Assembly: GCF_009914755.1 (NCBI RefSeq)
Contig: NC_060932.1
Length of the DNA: 64,000 nt
Source of the DNA: the human T2T-CHM13v2.0 reference genome, Homo sapiens
Strand: one strand, 5' to 3'
In this document: piece by piece, positions 48,705-63,860 of the stretch
How the letters are laid out: each line of letters begins with the position of its first letter
How positions within the stretch are numbered: the first letter of the stretch is position 1
Notes under the pieces: model-generated
Told to the model about the DNA's origin: nothing
The model's database searches: none
What the model saw: only the letters and a program-made list of their open reading frames with translations
Translations under genes and position numbers: made by a program

Positions 48705-50760
48705 ATGGACTTCCATTTCTGCTGGTAGGACAGACTGGATGCCCAGAGACATTTTAGTGTCCCTAAAAATGTTGAATACAAATATTAGAACGATAAATAA
48801 GTGCCTAGATGAGAAGAGCAGGAATGTAATGGAATTCCTTATAGGTCAGAAATAAGACATTACAAACTTTAAGATGTTACCAACCATGGAATATAGCTTT
48901 AGCCCTGAGAAAATCTGTTAAAACTTCCTTGGTCTGAACAGAGCAAAGGAGACTAAGCATGAGGTACAGTGGAGTGGGAGGAGACATCAGGGACCTGAAA
49001 ATAAAGCGTGAGTCCCCAAAAGGGAACACGACCATGTGGGTAACTTACAGAAAACCTGCTTTGCAGAGGAAGATCGTGGAGTAGTTGTATGTCTCAGCCT
49101 AGTCTCTGAAGGAAGCAGTAAAAAATAAATATATTCATTGAGAATTTCCAACCATATGCATTTTGGGGATCAAATTTCACAACTCTTATATGGGCTAAAC
49201 ACACTCAAGCTAGATTAGTAGGTCTCCCTCCCAAAAAGATTGTCACCTAGGTGAAACAACTGCAAGCGTTATCTAAAAGAAAGCAATTTAAACACAGGCT
49301 TCAACAATTCCTACAGTCAGTATTTCAAAAACCACAAGCCCGCAATAAAAATCACAACCACAAGAGAGTCAAAAAAAGCAGAATCACATTCTACAAAGAC
49401 TTTATATATTGGAACGATCAAAAACAGTATGTAAAGCAATCGTATTTTACATAGTTAAAACATAAAAAAGATAAAGGATTTTAAAAATTGTATAGAACTA
49501 CAAAAGTAAAACAATAAAAACTGAAATCAGAATCTCAGTGGACATATTTAAAGAATAGTAGCTACAACTCAAGAGAGAACTGATGACCTGGGTGATAAAC
49601 TAAAAAAATAACATGGAACCCAGCATAAAGACACAAAGATGTAAAATGAGAAAGTACTGAGAGATACTTTCTCTTCTCTTTGTATGCATTTTTGTTCTAC
49701 TCCACCCATGTGTCTGTCCCAGGCTTCTGACTTATATGAACTTTATCCCATGCCCTACACTTCTGGTTGGGAGCAATTAATAAGAGCTCTGATAGAGGAT
49801 TGGAGGGAGGAAAAAGAATAAAGTAAGGATAGTTAATCTTCGTACCTCTCTGCAAATTGCCTTAGTCTAGCTTTGTCTTTCCATAGAAGGTCACTGCTTA
49901 CCTCAATGTGGTCTGCAATACATAACTCTCCTTTTGAGTTCTGGGAACCACTCCATCCCCTCATTCTTTAGGGCCTGGGAATGGTAACAGATTCACCGTT
50001 GCTAGACTTGGTTGCTGTATGCCTCATGGTTCCCTTTCATTTGTCCAGCTTTTAATATTTATGCAACCTCTCTTTGAATTTGTCTAATCTGAATATGACA
50101 ATTATTTGTTTTCTATTAGTATAAAGAGAAATGAAAGGTAGAGTGAGACAGTCTAATATGGGTATCATTGGAATTCTGTGAGAAAATGAGGGGAAAACAC
50201 AATGAAAAATATACGTAAAAATACAAACACATAAAAACTCATAAATGCCCAGAACTCATAAGAGAGAATAATTCTCAGACATGTGAAGCAAAATGAATAC
50301 TACACAGTATAAATAAAGATAAATTCAATTTGCATATAACAGGCACTGAACAAAAGAATGAAAAAGGAAAGATCTTAAAAGCTGCCTGAGTGAAAAACAG
50401 ATTATACATAAATAAAGAGCAGTTAGATATGTTTCTTCTTAATGACAACAAAGGAAGCTAGAAGATTGTAGAATAAAAGAGTGAGAGAAAGTAAGTATCA
50501 ACTTAAGAGTTGGAGACTTGGGAAAAATATTTCAAGAATTGGAGTGAAATAAAGCCAGATTCCGACAAATAAAAACTGAGAAAATTCATTACTAAACAGA
50601 CTATACTAAAGGCATTTTTAATGAATGTGGTCAAGGAAAAACAATCCTTGAAAAAAGTTCTGAGAAGCAAGACAAATAGTCCAGAAAATAATAGAACTGT
50701 GGCTAAGCCTAGACTAGTATCAGACATAAATTGACAATGATACATCTAATTTGTAGAGTT
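48705..50760 (+). mobile_element. Ancient L1M 5'/ORF1 region (probable LTR insert ~49660-50120)
   Basis: A-rich ORF1-like remnants (aagatcttaaaagctgcc, aaaactgagaaaattcattact); the central T/C-rich block looks like a separate element. Confidence 0.55.
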
Positions 50761-52088
50761 AAATGGGTAGATTTTTTTTTAAGAGAAAAAAATGTTTATG
50801 TGGGAATAGAACATAGCAATGAGAACATAATAAATTAGGTCCACTTTCAGGAAGACAATGGGTTTTGTTTGTTTGTTTTTTAAGAGACAGGTCTTGTTAC
50901 GTTGTCCAGGCTGCAAGTAGATTTTTAAGTCTTGAACAGCAATGACATATAATTTGGGAGGTATCTATTGCAGTGTACTAAATAAAGCTTCATATATTGT
51001 AAGAACTACAGTTGGTGTTTAACAGTTCATGCACATAGGCTAGGCTTGTATTTCCGTAGTAGAAATTTAAGGCAATCATGAGTGGGGTGGTAATTCAGGG
51101 GAAAAACAATCACATGAAATTTGTTGAATCCAGGCAAGTACCTTATAATTTGCAGAGTTGTATTATCCTAGCATCCCTAAAGGAAAGTGAAACCCTATAA
51201 AGCCCACATGGGCTGAGAGACTGAGGAGTTGCGTTTCCCAGATTATCTGGGAGCTGTCCCAAGAGATGCTTCTTTTCCAAGTTATACATCCTTTCTTTCC
51301 ATTCCTACGTTGAACAGCAACATGGTGATAACTCAGAATGGAATTATGAACCACAGCAAGGGTTCCCTTACTCCACTTCAGGGCTTTCTTCAATTGAAAT
51401 CGATTTCTCTCTCTGTTTTATGCCGTTCTGCAGCACAGCAGGCTACATTTTATGGGCAAAAAAGAAAGGTCATGGAATTTACTCATTGATTTGCTATTAG
51501 GGCCTATACTGCAAAGTACAATGGATTCTGCTTCTTTGCAATGCTGGCCCATTCCAGCTAGTGAATTTGGTTTCATCGCTTCGTATGGACAGGGTTTGAT
51601 TTCTTACAATGACCCTCTTGGCACATGCTCAATGACTGGCTGGCTCTTCACTTACCTTGTTATTTTGCAGTGCTCTGTGAAGCCCAGAATTCAAAGCCCA
51701 GACTCTTACTTTCTTTTCAACAGAAATAACTGAGTTTGGCCCCTGTGTTTCAAGGGCAATATAAGTAGTTTAATAACTTAGAAAGGTTTTCATCATTTCT
51801 TTCACTCAACACTTTATCTTTACCCATGGGATATAAAAAAATAGACTGTTTTCACATTGATTTTCTTTTCTCAGAGCAGTATTCAGTCTTTGGTCTTACT
51901 TCAGAGACAAGTCTAGCTCCCGGTGCATCCAATTGCTTTCCTGGAATCCTAGCGGCATTCAGTTCAGGAGCAGCATCAGAGGTGTGTGGCTCTTTTGAGG
52001 ACTTGGATTCATCTGCTAAGTACAAACTTTCAGGCTGCCTGTATGATGCTTATTAGCACTATGCTCTGACATAAATGGAATTTGGCCT

Positions 52089-52183
52089 CTAAAAACAATC
52101 AATTTGTATTTCTCAAGGGAAGTTTGTTCCACCTAAAAAAAAATACTCATTTGTATTTCTCGAGGGAACTTTACTCCACCTAA
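52089..52183. repeat. Tandem duplication, ~47-bp period
   Basis: atttgtatttctc(a/g)agggaa(g/c)ttt(gt/ac)tccacctaa at 52102 and 52149. Confidence 0.88.
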
Positions 52184-52689
52184 GACCTGACTTTTTTTTT
52201 TTCAGAAGAGAATTTCCATCATATAATACAAGGTACACACAACGATTTTCCAAGTATAAATTACTAAAACAATGTAGCATTGAAATTGAACTCTCTTAAG
52301 TCAACCTCAGTTCATATTAATTCAACCCTTAATTCATATTAAACACATTTCTATAAAGAAGATATGATATAGACCAGGGCATAGATGACTTCCATGCAGC
52401 ATGGAATTGTTCTCAACTGTTTTGTTGATAAGTAACACTTATACTTAGTTTTTAACCAATGAAATTCAGTTGATAGAGCTCAGTTTTGTGGAGTGACATG
52501 GGTTTCTGTATTCCACATAAAGTACTAAAAGAGTTCTATATTTTGTAAACCTGAAATATCTGCCTGCTCAGGTAACAAGAAATCCTCTTCATTTGGTAAA
52601 GAGGAAAAAAACATATTTCTTTAAAACGCAAAGTTGTTAAAATGTAAACAAGCTTCCGAGTTTGGAAGTACTTCCCCCCAGGATTTTAT

Positions 52690-53630
52690 TTTATTTTTAT
52701 TGTGAAAAATAGAAAAATGAGCAGGAATCTAAATGTACAGCTTAATAAATTCTCATAAACTGAACACCTGTGTAGCAAATGTCCCAGTCAAAATAGAATG
52801 CTGACTTCATTTAGAAGCACTTCTTGTGACTTCTCCCAAATACTAAGCCCCTCTTTAGTGGTGAATGTAGATACTATCTTGACTTCTAACATAATATTTT
52901 ATTTTTCCTTGCCTTGGAAATATATTTAATTGGAATCATTATGTGGGTGTGTGTGTATGGATAGATAGATACGCACATTTCTGTTGCTAATTTAGGAGTA
53001 GAATTATGGGATCTTTGTCCATGCGCCTGTTCAAATTAGTAGTGAATAAAATTTTTTGTTTTCCAAATAGTTTTGCCTATTTACTGTCCTACGAGGAGTA
53101 TAACAGTTCCTGTTGCTCCATGTCCTTGACAGCACTTGGTGTACCATTCTTTCCACTTTGGCCCTGCTGGCATATTATGTAGTAACATCTCGTTATAAAT
53201 TTAACTTGAATTATCCTGATGACTAATGAAGTTTGAATAGAATTTCACTTGTTGATTTCTTCGTAACTCTTGCCCATTTTTCTACTGTGTTGACTCTACA
53301 TATTCTTATTGATTCATATATTATTTTTTAAGCATTCTGGTTGTGAGGCTTTTCTTGGTTATGTGTTGCATAGGGTATTTTGTGTAGCATATTTTGATAA
53401 ACAGACATTAATATTTTTAATGTAGTTCTTGTTATTTATCTTTTCCTTTAAGGTTAATGCTTTTTGTATTTGTTTTAAAAAATCTCTCCTTATGGCAAGA
53501 CAAGGAACTTATTTTCCTGTATTATCATCTGGAAGTTGTATTGTTTTTCTTAGAGCTACAGGTCATCTGGAATGAGCTGCATAATTTAATGGGAAGTTTC
53601 ATCTTTTTCCAAATGGATATACAGATTACA
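52690..53630 (-). mobile_element. Ancient L1ME 3' portion
   Basis: gttcctgttgctccatgtccttgacagcacttggt; tcctgatgactaatgaagtt; tttttccaaatggatatac. Confidence 0.65.
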
Positions 53631-54325
53631 GAAGTCTCAGTTTCCTCTTAAGCTTCTCATTCATTGATACTACACATCCATCTCTATATTATTTCCCTTG
53701 CATTAGAATACAGCAGTCATATTTTATGAGTTTGTATGTAGTTCTCATTTTTTAACTGGTCAGACTTAGCAAAACTTTGCTTTACAGAGTCAAAGGAGAT
53801 GAGAAAAATGACAGAAGAGTAGCTAAAATTATCTCTCCTCAACCCAACTTTCTTCAGAAAAGGCCATAAAGGTGTGTTCTGACTAACAATACCAGTTCTG
53901 CACTATATAAGTTATATTGGACTCAGTAAATCCACTTTTGGATGTTGATGACTGTTTAGTTTTTTCCCTCAAAAAACACTTTCTACATCTCCATAAATAA
54001 TACATATTTTTACATTACTGAATCATACGTTATTTCAATCAAGAACAATTTGACTTATAAGACAACAAATTACTGACATTACCTTTTTAATTAAAATTAT
54101 TTTACCCGTGAGAATGTTTAGAACCTATAAATATTCTTATAGTCAAATGTGTAAGCTACATATAGAGAACCATACCTTTTTTTAAAAAATAAAAAGTGTT
54201 TGTTTTACATGGATAATACAGAATATTTTAATAGGTGGTTCTAGTCATTATTTGATACAAATATTCCAAAAAAATTGCTATAGCTAAACTCATTTCAGTC
54301 ATTGTTTATTTGGTAAAAGACATGG

Positions 54326-55760
54326 TACCATGGTTTGAATATAGTTTACTCCCCGAAAACTCATGCTGAAGTGTGGTTGCCAGTGCAGTGGTATTGGAGA
54401 TGGGGCCTAGTGGGAGGTGTTTGGGTTATGGGGTGGCTCCCTCATGAATAGCTTGTTGCCTTTCTCACAGTAGTGAGTGAGTTCATGCTTGCAACAGAAT
54501 GGGTTATTTCTCTTGGAAATAGATTATTCCCAAGACAGTGGGTTGTTATAAACAGGTCCTATCGGGGGAACCCACCCCCAATATTTCAATGTAGGTTCTA
54601 TTTTCCATAAGTGTCAGCTGGCTGAGAAATAGAGACAGTATAAAGAGAGGAATTTTACAGCCGGGCCACCGGGGGTGACATCACATATCAGGAGGACCAT
54701 GATGCCCATCTGAGCCTCAAACCAGCAAGTTTTTTATTAAGGGTTTCAAAAGGGGAGGGGGTGTAAAAGAGGGAGTAGGTACAAAGATCACATGCTGCAA
54801 AAGTCAAAAAGAAGAACTACTAATAAGGGTCCAACAAAGATCACAAGGCAAAGGGCAAAAGCAGAACTAATGACAAGGGTCTATGTTCAGTGGTGCACGT
54901 ATTGTCTTGATAAACATCAGAAAATGGGGGTCGAGAGCAGAGAACCCATCTGACCACAAATTTACCAGGGCGGAGTTTTTCCCCACCCTAATAAGCCTGA
55001 GGGTACTGCAGGAGACCAGGGCATATCTCAGTCCTTATGTAAACGACAAAGGCAGACATTCCCAGGGTGGCCATTTATAGACCCCACAGGAATGCATTCC
55101 TTTCCCAGGGTATTAATATTCCTTGCTAGGAAAAGAATTTAGCGATATCTCTCCTACTTACACGTCTGTTTGTAGGCTCTCTGCATGAAGAAAAATACGG
55201 CTCTTTTTGTCTGACCCTGCAGGCAGTCAGACCTTATGGTTGTCTTCCCTTGTTCCCTAAAAATCCCTGTTATTCTGTGCTTTTTCAAGGTGCACTAATT
55301 TCATATTGTTCAAACACACACGTTTTACAATCAATTTTTACAGTTAACACAATTATCACAGTGGTCCTGAGCTTACATCCTCAGCTTATGAAGATAACAG
55401 GAGTAAGAGATTAAAGACAGGCATAAGAAATTATAAAAGTATTATTTGGGAACTGATATGAAATCTTCACAAATTTATGTTCCTCTGCCACGGCTCCAGC
55501 CAGTCCCTCCGTTCGGGGTCCCTGACTTCCTGCAACAAGGCCCCTGATTGTTTTGCCTCTTCCCAAGTGTTTGCTTCCCCTTTGGCCATCTCCATTGTGT
55601 TTTTACACAGTATGTGGCTCTCATCAGAAGCTGAACAGATGCTGGCACCATGCTCTTTGAACTTCCCAGCTTGCAGAACCATGAGCTAAATAAACTTCTT
55701 TTCTTTATAAATTCCCATCCTCAGGTATTCTGTTATAGCAACACAAAATGCAGTAAGTTG
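54326..55760 (+). mobile_element. MST-type MaLR LTR split by MER11
   Basis: catggtttgaat start; gaaccatgagctaaataaacttc...ctcaggtattctgttatagcaacac end; TSD catgg/catgg. Confidence 0.85.
54560..55537 (-). mobile_element. MER11 (HERV-K11/HML-8) solo LTR
   Basis: Minus strand begins TGTTGCAGGAAGTCAGGGACCCCGAACGGAGGGAC; 6-bp TSD aggtcc/aggccc. Confidence 0.9.
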
Positions 55761-57514
55761 CATGGTGAGAGCAAATTTATAGTGCTATCAAAAAATATAC
55801 TGAGTTGCAATCATATTAAAACCTTTCATCACTTGGTAAAAATCAAAAGTCTTATATTCCCCCTTTGTAATACAACCAAATTTATGTTAATGTATTTTAC
55901 ATGTGTCGTGATATATGACATATGAGGGTATAATTGTGATAAAATGTGGCTAATACTAATATGAAATAACGAATTAAATAATTAGCTTAAATTTAAGGAT
56001 TGAAAGACTAAGTAAAATTAGGTCGGGCACAGTCATTTTAAAAAAAAGTGTTAATGGCATCTTTATGGGTTCATTATTTTTTAAAAATATAAACTGAGTA
56101 AAATCAAATAATCTGAAAATAGAATATTTTAAAAACATATCGTATTATTTAATATGACGATATTGAAATCTGTCTTTCCAGTCCTATATTCTTCTGTGTC
56201 CTGTTGTATGCCTAGTAAACATTTGACTTGATTCTTACATTGAATGTGTAATGTGTTTGAAAGTAGGCATATAACATTTCCCTCAAAATGGGTGTTTTTT
56301 TCCACATTTTTGTTCCTATTTAGTTTGCAAGTTTAGATCTATTTCTGACTTCTCATCTCATTTATCCACCCATTTCCAAAAGGTCACTGAGTTTTATTGA
56401 TTTGAATACATCATCTTATCTGTCCTAATTATTGTCAACTCATCTGGATCCAGTGCTGATAGCCACATAATTTCTCAGCATTTACTTATCTTTTTCAGTC
56501 CATATTATATACCATTGGGAGATGTGTTAAAAATATCTTATAAGGTCATAGTGAGGATAAAATCTTCAAATAACTATATTCTGAACATAAATCCTGAGGT
56601 CTTTAAAGTTTACCTCTTCTCCTGTGCATAAAATCCTATGGGGACGTCCTCGTCCTCAGCAATTCTTGACGCTTATGCCTCTTCTTCCACCGCTTTCTCA
56701 AGGTAACCCTTTGTCTTACATTCAAGGCCCCATGCTGTAGTCTTCCACTCTCGTCTTTGCCTAGCTCTAAGGCCGGATTTATGGTGGTCAAACTGAAGAT
56801 GATGAGGGGAGAGACGGAGGGAGAGAGAGAAGGAGAAGAAATTGCAGTCCAAAGCTATCCTCTTCACAATATTGGCCCTGCTTTTTGTACCACATGTATT
56901 TAGTCTTGTCACTCACTAAATCTAGGAAGCCTAAATTCATACTCAGAAGAAATATGAAATACCTCTTTCTCTAGCAGGTTGAGCTATGAGTAGCATTCAC
57001 AACTGTAGTATACATGTTCTATAGGGACCAAGAACTTTCTTAAGGGCTCCAGGCATAGCGTGCTCATCCCCATCTGTAATCGTGGAAAGGCTTGTTGTCC
57101 TGTCTTCTGGGAAGCGACCCTCTTACTTGGGGCCATACCCTTCCTAGGATTGGCAAGAACTTGATCTCCTGTGTTTCCCACATGGTTGCCTGAGGCTGTT
57201 GCCTAATTGACATCACAGCTCTGTGTTTCCCTCTGCCCCATCTGGTGTCTTCCTGTTTCCCCACACTGATTTTGATTACATTTGCTAATAAACTTCTAAT
57301 ACCACAAACTTCATCTCCAAGTTGTTTTTGAGAGAACTCAACCTTGTAATGATAGTCTTATTGGAACTTGATATGCGTATTTTTCTTAAATTGATCTGCC
57401 TGAAAGTGCACCTGTGGTTGGGCGGCTATGCTTTTCTTCATTCTCACACGTCTCTCACCCATTTTGATTCTCACTATGGATCATTATTCTAGAGGGTAAG
57501 AAACTGTAGGACTT

Positions 57515-58548
57515 CTTGGCCAGATAACTCTGCCTGATTTCTCAGGTATTATTTATCTGGGAAACATACATAGCACAGGAGCTTAAGAGTGGTATTATCT
57601 TCTCGCCTTAATTTCCAGAGATTTTTTCTGTACTGGGAATCCTGGAACATACTATGCTAGGATATTTAAAGCCACATGGTCTGTCTTGTTTTCACTGAAT
57701 TATTGTGAACACCTAGAATCTTTCTAGGTCCTGGTTTTTCTTGCTTAATCCAGTCTTTATCTCTAACTGCCCCTTATTTTATCAACATGTACTAAGGGCT
57801 CTGACAGCCAGCTCAGCTCCTGATCCTTGAGGCGACATCCTTTTTCTCTTTGAACTTCAGTTCTGTCCTTCAATCATGACTAGATGTTTCTTGCCCTCTG
57901 CTCTCAGAATTCTCTTGGCTTTTATTCCTTGATCCACTTGCGGTTTTATCACTTTACCCTTGTTACTCATGGCTTCCCGTCAAGCCATGGGTATTAGGTG
58001 ACAGTGTAATTTATTAGATTCTAGTTTTGCCCAAATACTGGGACTGCTTTAAGAACAATCGAACCATTTCATTATTGGGATAGCCATGGGTACCTTATCA
58101 AGCAGATTAAAAGGATATGTTGCCTTTCCTTTAGAAGAGAAAAGCTAAAACCTGGTTGTGGATTATGGATTTAGCATAAAGAAAAACAATCGGGCATACA
58201 TTAAGAGTAAAAGAGAAGATTAATGGAAATTTCACTTCACATAAGTTAAAACATGGCTGTTTCAATAAACGAAACTGAAGTTTCTCCTGGATCTCAGAAT
58301 TCAACTTGTATTAATAAATGTATAATGTATTTAGCTACTATTTGGTTTAAATGAACTTGTTGGGCTAGCTTGGTAAACGTTACAATTTTTACTATTTTCT
58401 ACGGAGAAAATATTTTCTAATTTGAGTTGGAGTTATCTGTGCAGCAGTTTCTCTACAGTTGTACATAGATGTTTTTACTATAAAATGAGCTAATGTGTAA
58501 AATACTACTCTATAGTGTAATAAACATAGTACTTTGAGGGGAAAAAAG
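57515..58548 (+). pseudogene. Probable 5'-truncated retrocopy of an mRNA 3' UTR (no ORF)
   Basis: Flanking direct repeat agaaactgtagg(a/g)ctt (57499-57514 / 58549-58564); AATAAA at 58519-58524; residual A-tail at 58542-58547; no recognisable TE similarity. Confidence 0.7.
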
Positions 58549-58587
58549 AGAAACTGTAGGGCTTGAAAAAAGGGCCAATTTGAAATA

Positions 58588-58664
58588 CAGGAGTCATCAC
58601 TATAATCCTACATAACAGGGCTTTACAAAAGTCCTTTTACATAGGATTATGGTGATGACACATG
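58588..58664. repeat. 77-bp imperfect palindrome flanked by TA
   Basis: gtcatcactataatccta / taggattatggtgatgac arms (17/18) plus inner and outer pairing. Confidence 0.85.
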
Positions 58665-59470
58665 TAGAGTTTTTGTAATGTCAAATGGTAAATGGTTAGA
58701 AGTAAATTAAAAAATTTAAAGTAAAAAGCAAAATTTTGTCTATCATCTGTCCCTCATCTATCAGTTCACGAAATGAGATATTTTGGCTGGGGTATGTGGT
58801 AGAGTGGAGTGGACGTCGTAGTAGCAATATTTGGTAACAATATTAATTTAATGAACCATTCTCTTCTATTGTCCACTACTGTAAAGAATGCAGGCTTCCT
58901 GAGGAAAAGTTTCATGAGAGTAAAATGGAGAATACCACCAAGAAGTAGTAAAGAGAAGAGAAGCTCCTTGTTTCTACCAGAAAGCAAGCTCATTGGAAGC
59001 TGCCATGCATTATCTACATATCTATCCTGGAACACTTAAAATTTAGTAAAGTCATGATGCGAAACACTAATCTTCTACAAAATGTACTGTGCATTTTTAT
59101 TCTCATAAGGGAGCATTCAGTGAGTCTTAATCTGTATCTTAGTTGTAGACAGCATCATATCAAGAAATAGGGGGGAAATTCCCATGTTATTAACAGATTA
59201 GTGTTATTTCTTGAAATAGAAGAAACAAGTAATAGAGGTAAATCAATTTTATTCTTAAAATATATTCAATTTTTGGAAATATTTCTTTATTAATCTTTCT
59301 AATAAGTTACTGAAGATATTAAACCCACTTATTTTTTTAGGTGTATGTTTCCTGCTTGCTGTCAAACAAAAACTATTTATGTAGTCATGAACTCCTTCCA
59401 TGTACTTAATAGATTTGTGTTAACCTTCAGATAATACACATTCTAATATATATACATATATATATAATCT

Positions 59471-59765
59471 TATTTTTTATTTTTGAGACAGAGTCTCACT
59501 CTGTTGCCTGGCTGGGGTGTAGTGGTGTGATCTCAGCTCACTGCAACCTCTGCTTCTCGGGTTCAAGTGATTCTTGTGCCTCAGCCTCCTGAGTAGCTGG
59601 GATTTACAGGCACCTGCCACCACACCCGGCTGATTTTTGTATTATTAGTAGAGATGGGGTTTCACCATGTTGACTAGGCTGGTCTTGAACTCCTGACCTC
59701 AGGTGATCCACCCACCTCAGCCTTCCACAGTGCTGGGATTATAGGCATAAGCCATCGTGTCCGGC
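59471..59765 (-). mobile_element. AluSx-like
   Basis: Full dimer; ctgacctcaggtgatcc. Confidence 0.92.
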
Positions 59766-61589
59766 AATATTTAACTAACATATTTAGCACATTGTTAGCC
59801 CCTCACCAACTCATGGCCTAAGGCTTTCACTTGTTTTGCTGTTTATTTCAACAAAATAAACTTTATTCATAAAATCAGAACTGCCACTTGTGAACAGATA
59901 TAGGACAAAATGTCATCCCATACAATTTCAAGCATAATATGCCTGAACTTTAGAAAACTTTTTCACTTAATGGGATTTAATTTTTCTCTTTGAGCTGTTG
60001 ATGTGGTGTTCTCATTCTGTCAAATGCATAGTTAAAATGAATTTAGTGTCCTATGTATACAGTTTAAAGAAATGCATCAGTTTTAGTTTTAAATGCCAAT
60101 ATTTACCCTATCCATGAAGTTCAGACTTTTGAAGTGATTTAAATTAATAATGAAGAATTGTAAATATTAAGTTGTATGATGGGGTGCAAAGTGCTCCAGA
60201 ACTCTTTTAGGAGAAAAATAGAGTACATTTGGAAGACCAATGAGCTAAGGAATGCTTGTGCTTGTCTTCTCAAATCTACATGAATATTATCCTTATCTTT
60301 TGTGAATTCAGAAACATAGCATTATATGCATTTCATTTCTGCCTTCATAACAAGTAGAAGAATAAAATCTAAGACTTAGTCACTTTCTTTTTTAAGGAGA
60401 GCGCGTACTTAAGAGACCTTAAAATCTTGACAGTGAACACTTGTCATTAATTTTATTGTTGCACTTAAAAATTAAGTAACTCACAGTTAAAAAAAATGAA
60501 AATCAAAAACCTACCATTATGATCTGCAAAACAATCTTGGAAAACCAGTAAAGGGTCATGAGATTTCATCAGCATTAGGGGTAGGGGAGAGCCAGCAGAA
60601 GAAACTTTAAGAACAATCTAAGTCCATAGAAAAGTAAAATAAACTTCATAGAGGCAACAGCTAGAAATAGCTGCTGTGTTAAGAAATGAAGGTAGGAGAA
60701 GTCTTCTTGATAACAGATATATAGTTTTTGTAGTATCAAGTAATTTTATGGATAGATGATTAGAAGTAAATAATTTTTAAAGTAAATGATTAGAAGTAAA
60801 TTAGTGATGGGCAAAAAATGGCTGAACTGCTAGCCAGATAAGTTGAGTTGTAATGTAGACTCTAATTCCTTGGAAAAGTTGGCAAAGTCACTGACCGTCT
60901 CTGAGATCTAGTATTCCTGTCTCTCAAAGTGCATTTGATTTCAAGGAAGAACAATATGCTCAGGCTTGACTCAGAGTGTAGAAGAAATGCTAGAGGCTCA
61001 AGCACAATTTCAGTGACTTGTGACATGGCAATTTAGACTTCTTCACAACTCATCTTCTCCTTGTTGGCTTCTTTCTCTATTACAACTTCTTCATTTACTA
61101 CCACATTTGATGATCTCTGTCAACAGGTCTCAGATTCAAAATTCCAAAATTGAATATTGAATTAGTTTGTTAGACACAAAAGAAAACATCAGACGATGAT
61201 GCCTGCAGCATCAGATAACTCAAGAAATGGGAATTATACAAAAGGATTATTAGTGGCTGATTTAGGTGGTGGGTATCAAAAGATCAAGTTTCAGAGACTT
61301 ACTTTTTACAAGTCAGTGGACTAAATCTCTTAGCTCTTCTATAGTTCTAAAATTTATATATATTAATGTTTTAGAAAAGTTTTATTGCATTGCTAGATCA
61401 TACCTGCAATAGTTCTGGTTTTGCCATGATTTAAGGTAAGGCAATTATACTCATATGAAAATCTTACATTTCCAAATATTGCCTACTTATTATGTTATGT
61501 GTCCATATATGTAGGTACTATTGTTCAAGATAGGTTGTTAGTTCGACAGCAGAGCCATGGGAGTTATACAAACTATTTCTATACTAAAT

Positions 61590-63290
<1,701 letters not shown>

Positions 63291-63499
63291 TCAGTCCCCT
63301 TAATATTTTAAGTCATTAAACAATTTTTAAAATTCTTAATAAGAGAAAATAAACATTTTACTAGAATGTGTATTGTATAATTAATCATATTTTCTATCAT
63401 TCAAAAGTTAGCATTCAAGTCTGTGAAATACAGTTTGGGAGATGTTAGAATATAGCTAACATTTAAAGCCTTAAAACAGAATACAGTCACTTGGGAATT

Positions 63500-63860
63500 G
63501 AGTATATATAAAAAGAGATTCTAGAATTGAGCCCTGGAACATTTGAACATTCTATGGTTGATGAGTTGATGTGGAAACAGCAAAGAAACCAGATAGAGTG
63601 GACAATGATTTATGAAAAGAACAAGGAGAGGTGTCCTATGAACCCAGTGTGGGGAAAAAGTGTTTCAAGAAGGAGGGAATATACAACCAGGTCAAATCTT
63701 GCTGTAGTCCAAATAAGGTGAGAACTTAGAATTGTACACTAGATTTGGTCACCTAGTGGTCAGTGGAGATCTTCACAGATGTTATTTCAATGGATTAAGA
63801 TTGATAGAAGTCTTGCTGGAGTGGATTCAGTAGCAAGGAAAGAAGAAAAATTTGTTTTAG
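63500..63860 (-). mobile_element. L2 fragment
   Basis: aaagtgtttcaagaaggaggga...aggtcaaatcttgctg...aaataaggtgagaact pattern. Confidence 0.6.

Noticed and set aside
57968-57989. catggctt/aagccatg hairpin as an inversion junction in the retrocopy
   Set aside because: Only an 8-bp stem; cannot be evaluated without the parent sequence.
60756-60801. 16-bp direct repeat atgattagaagtaaat
   Set aside because: Short AT-rich slippage duplication with no further structure.
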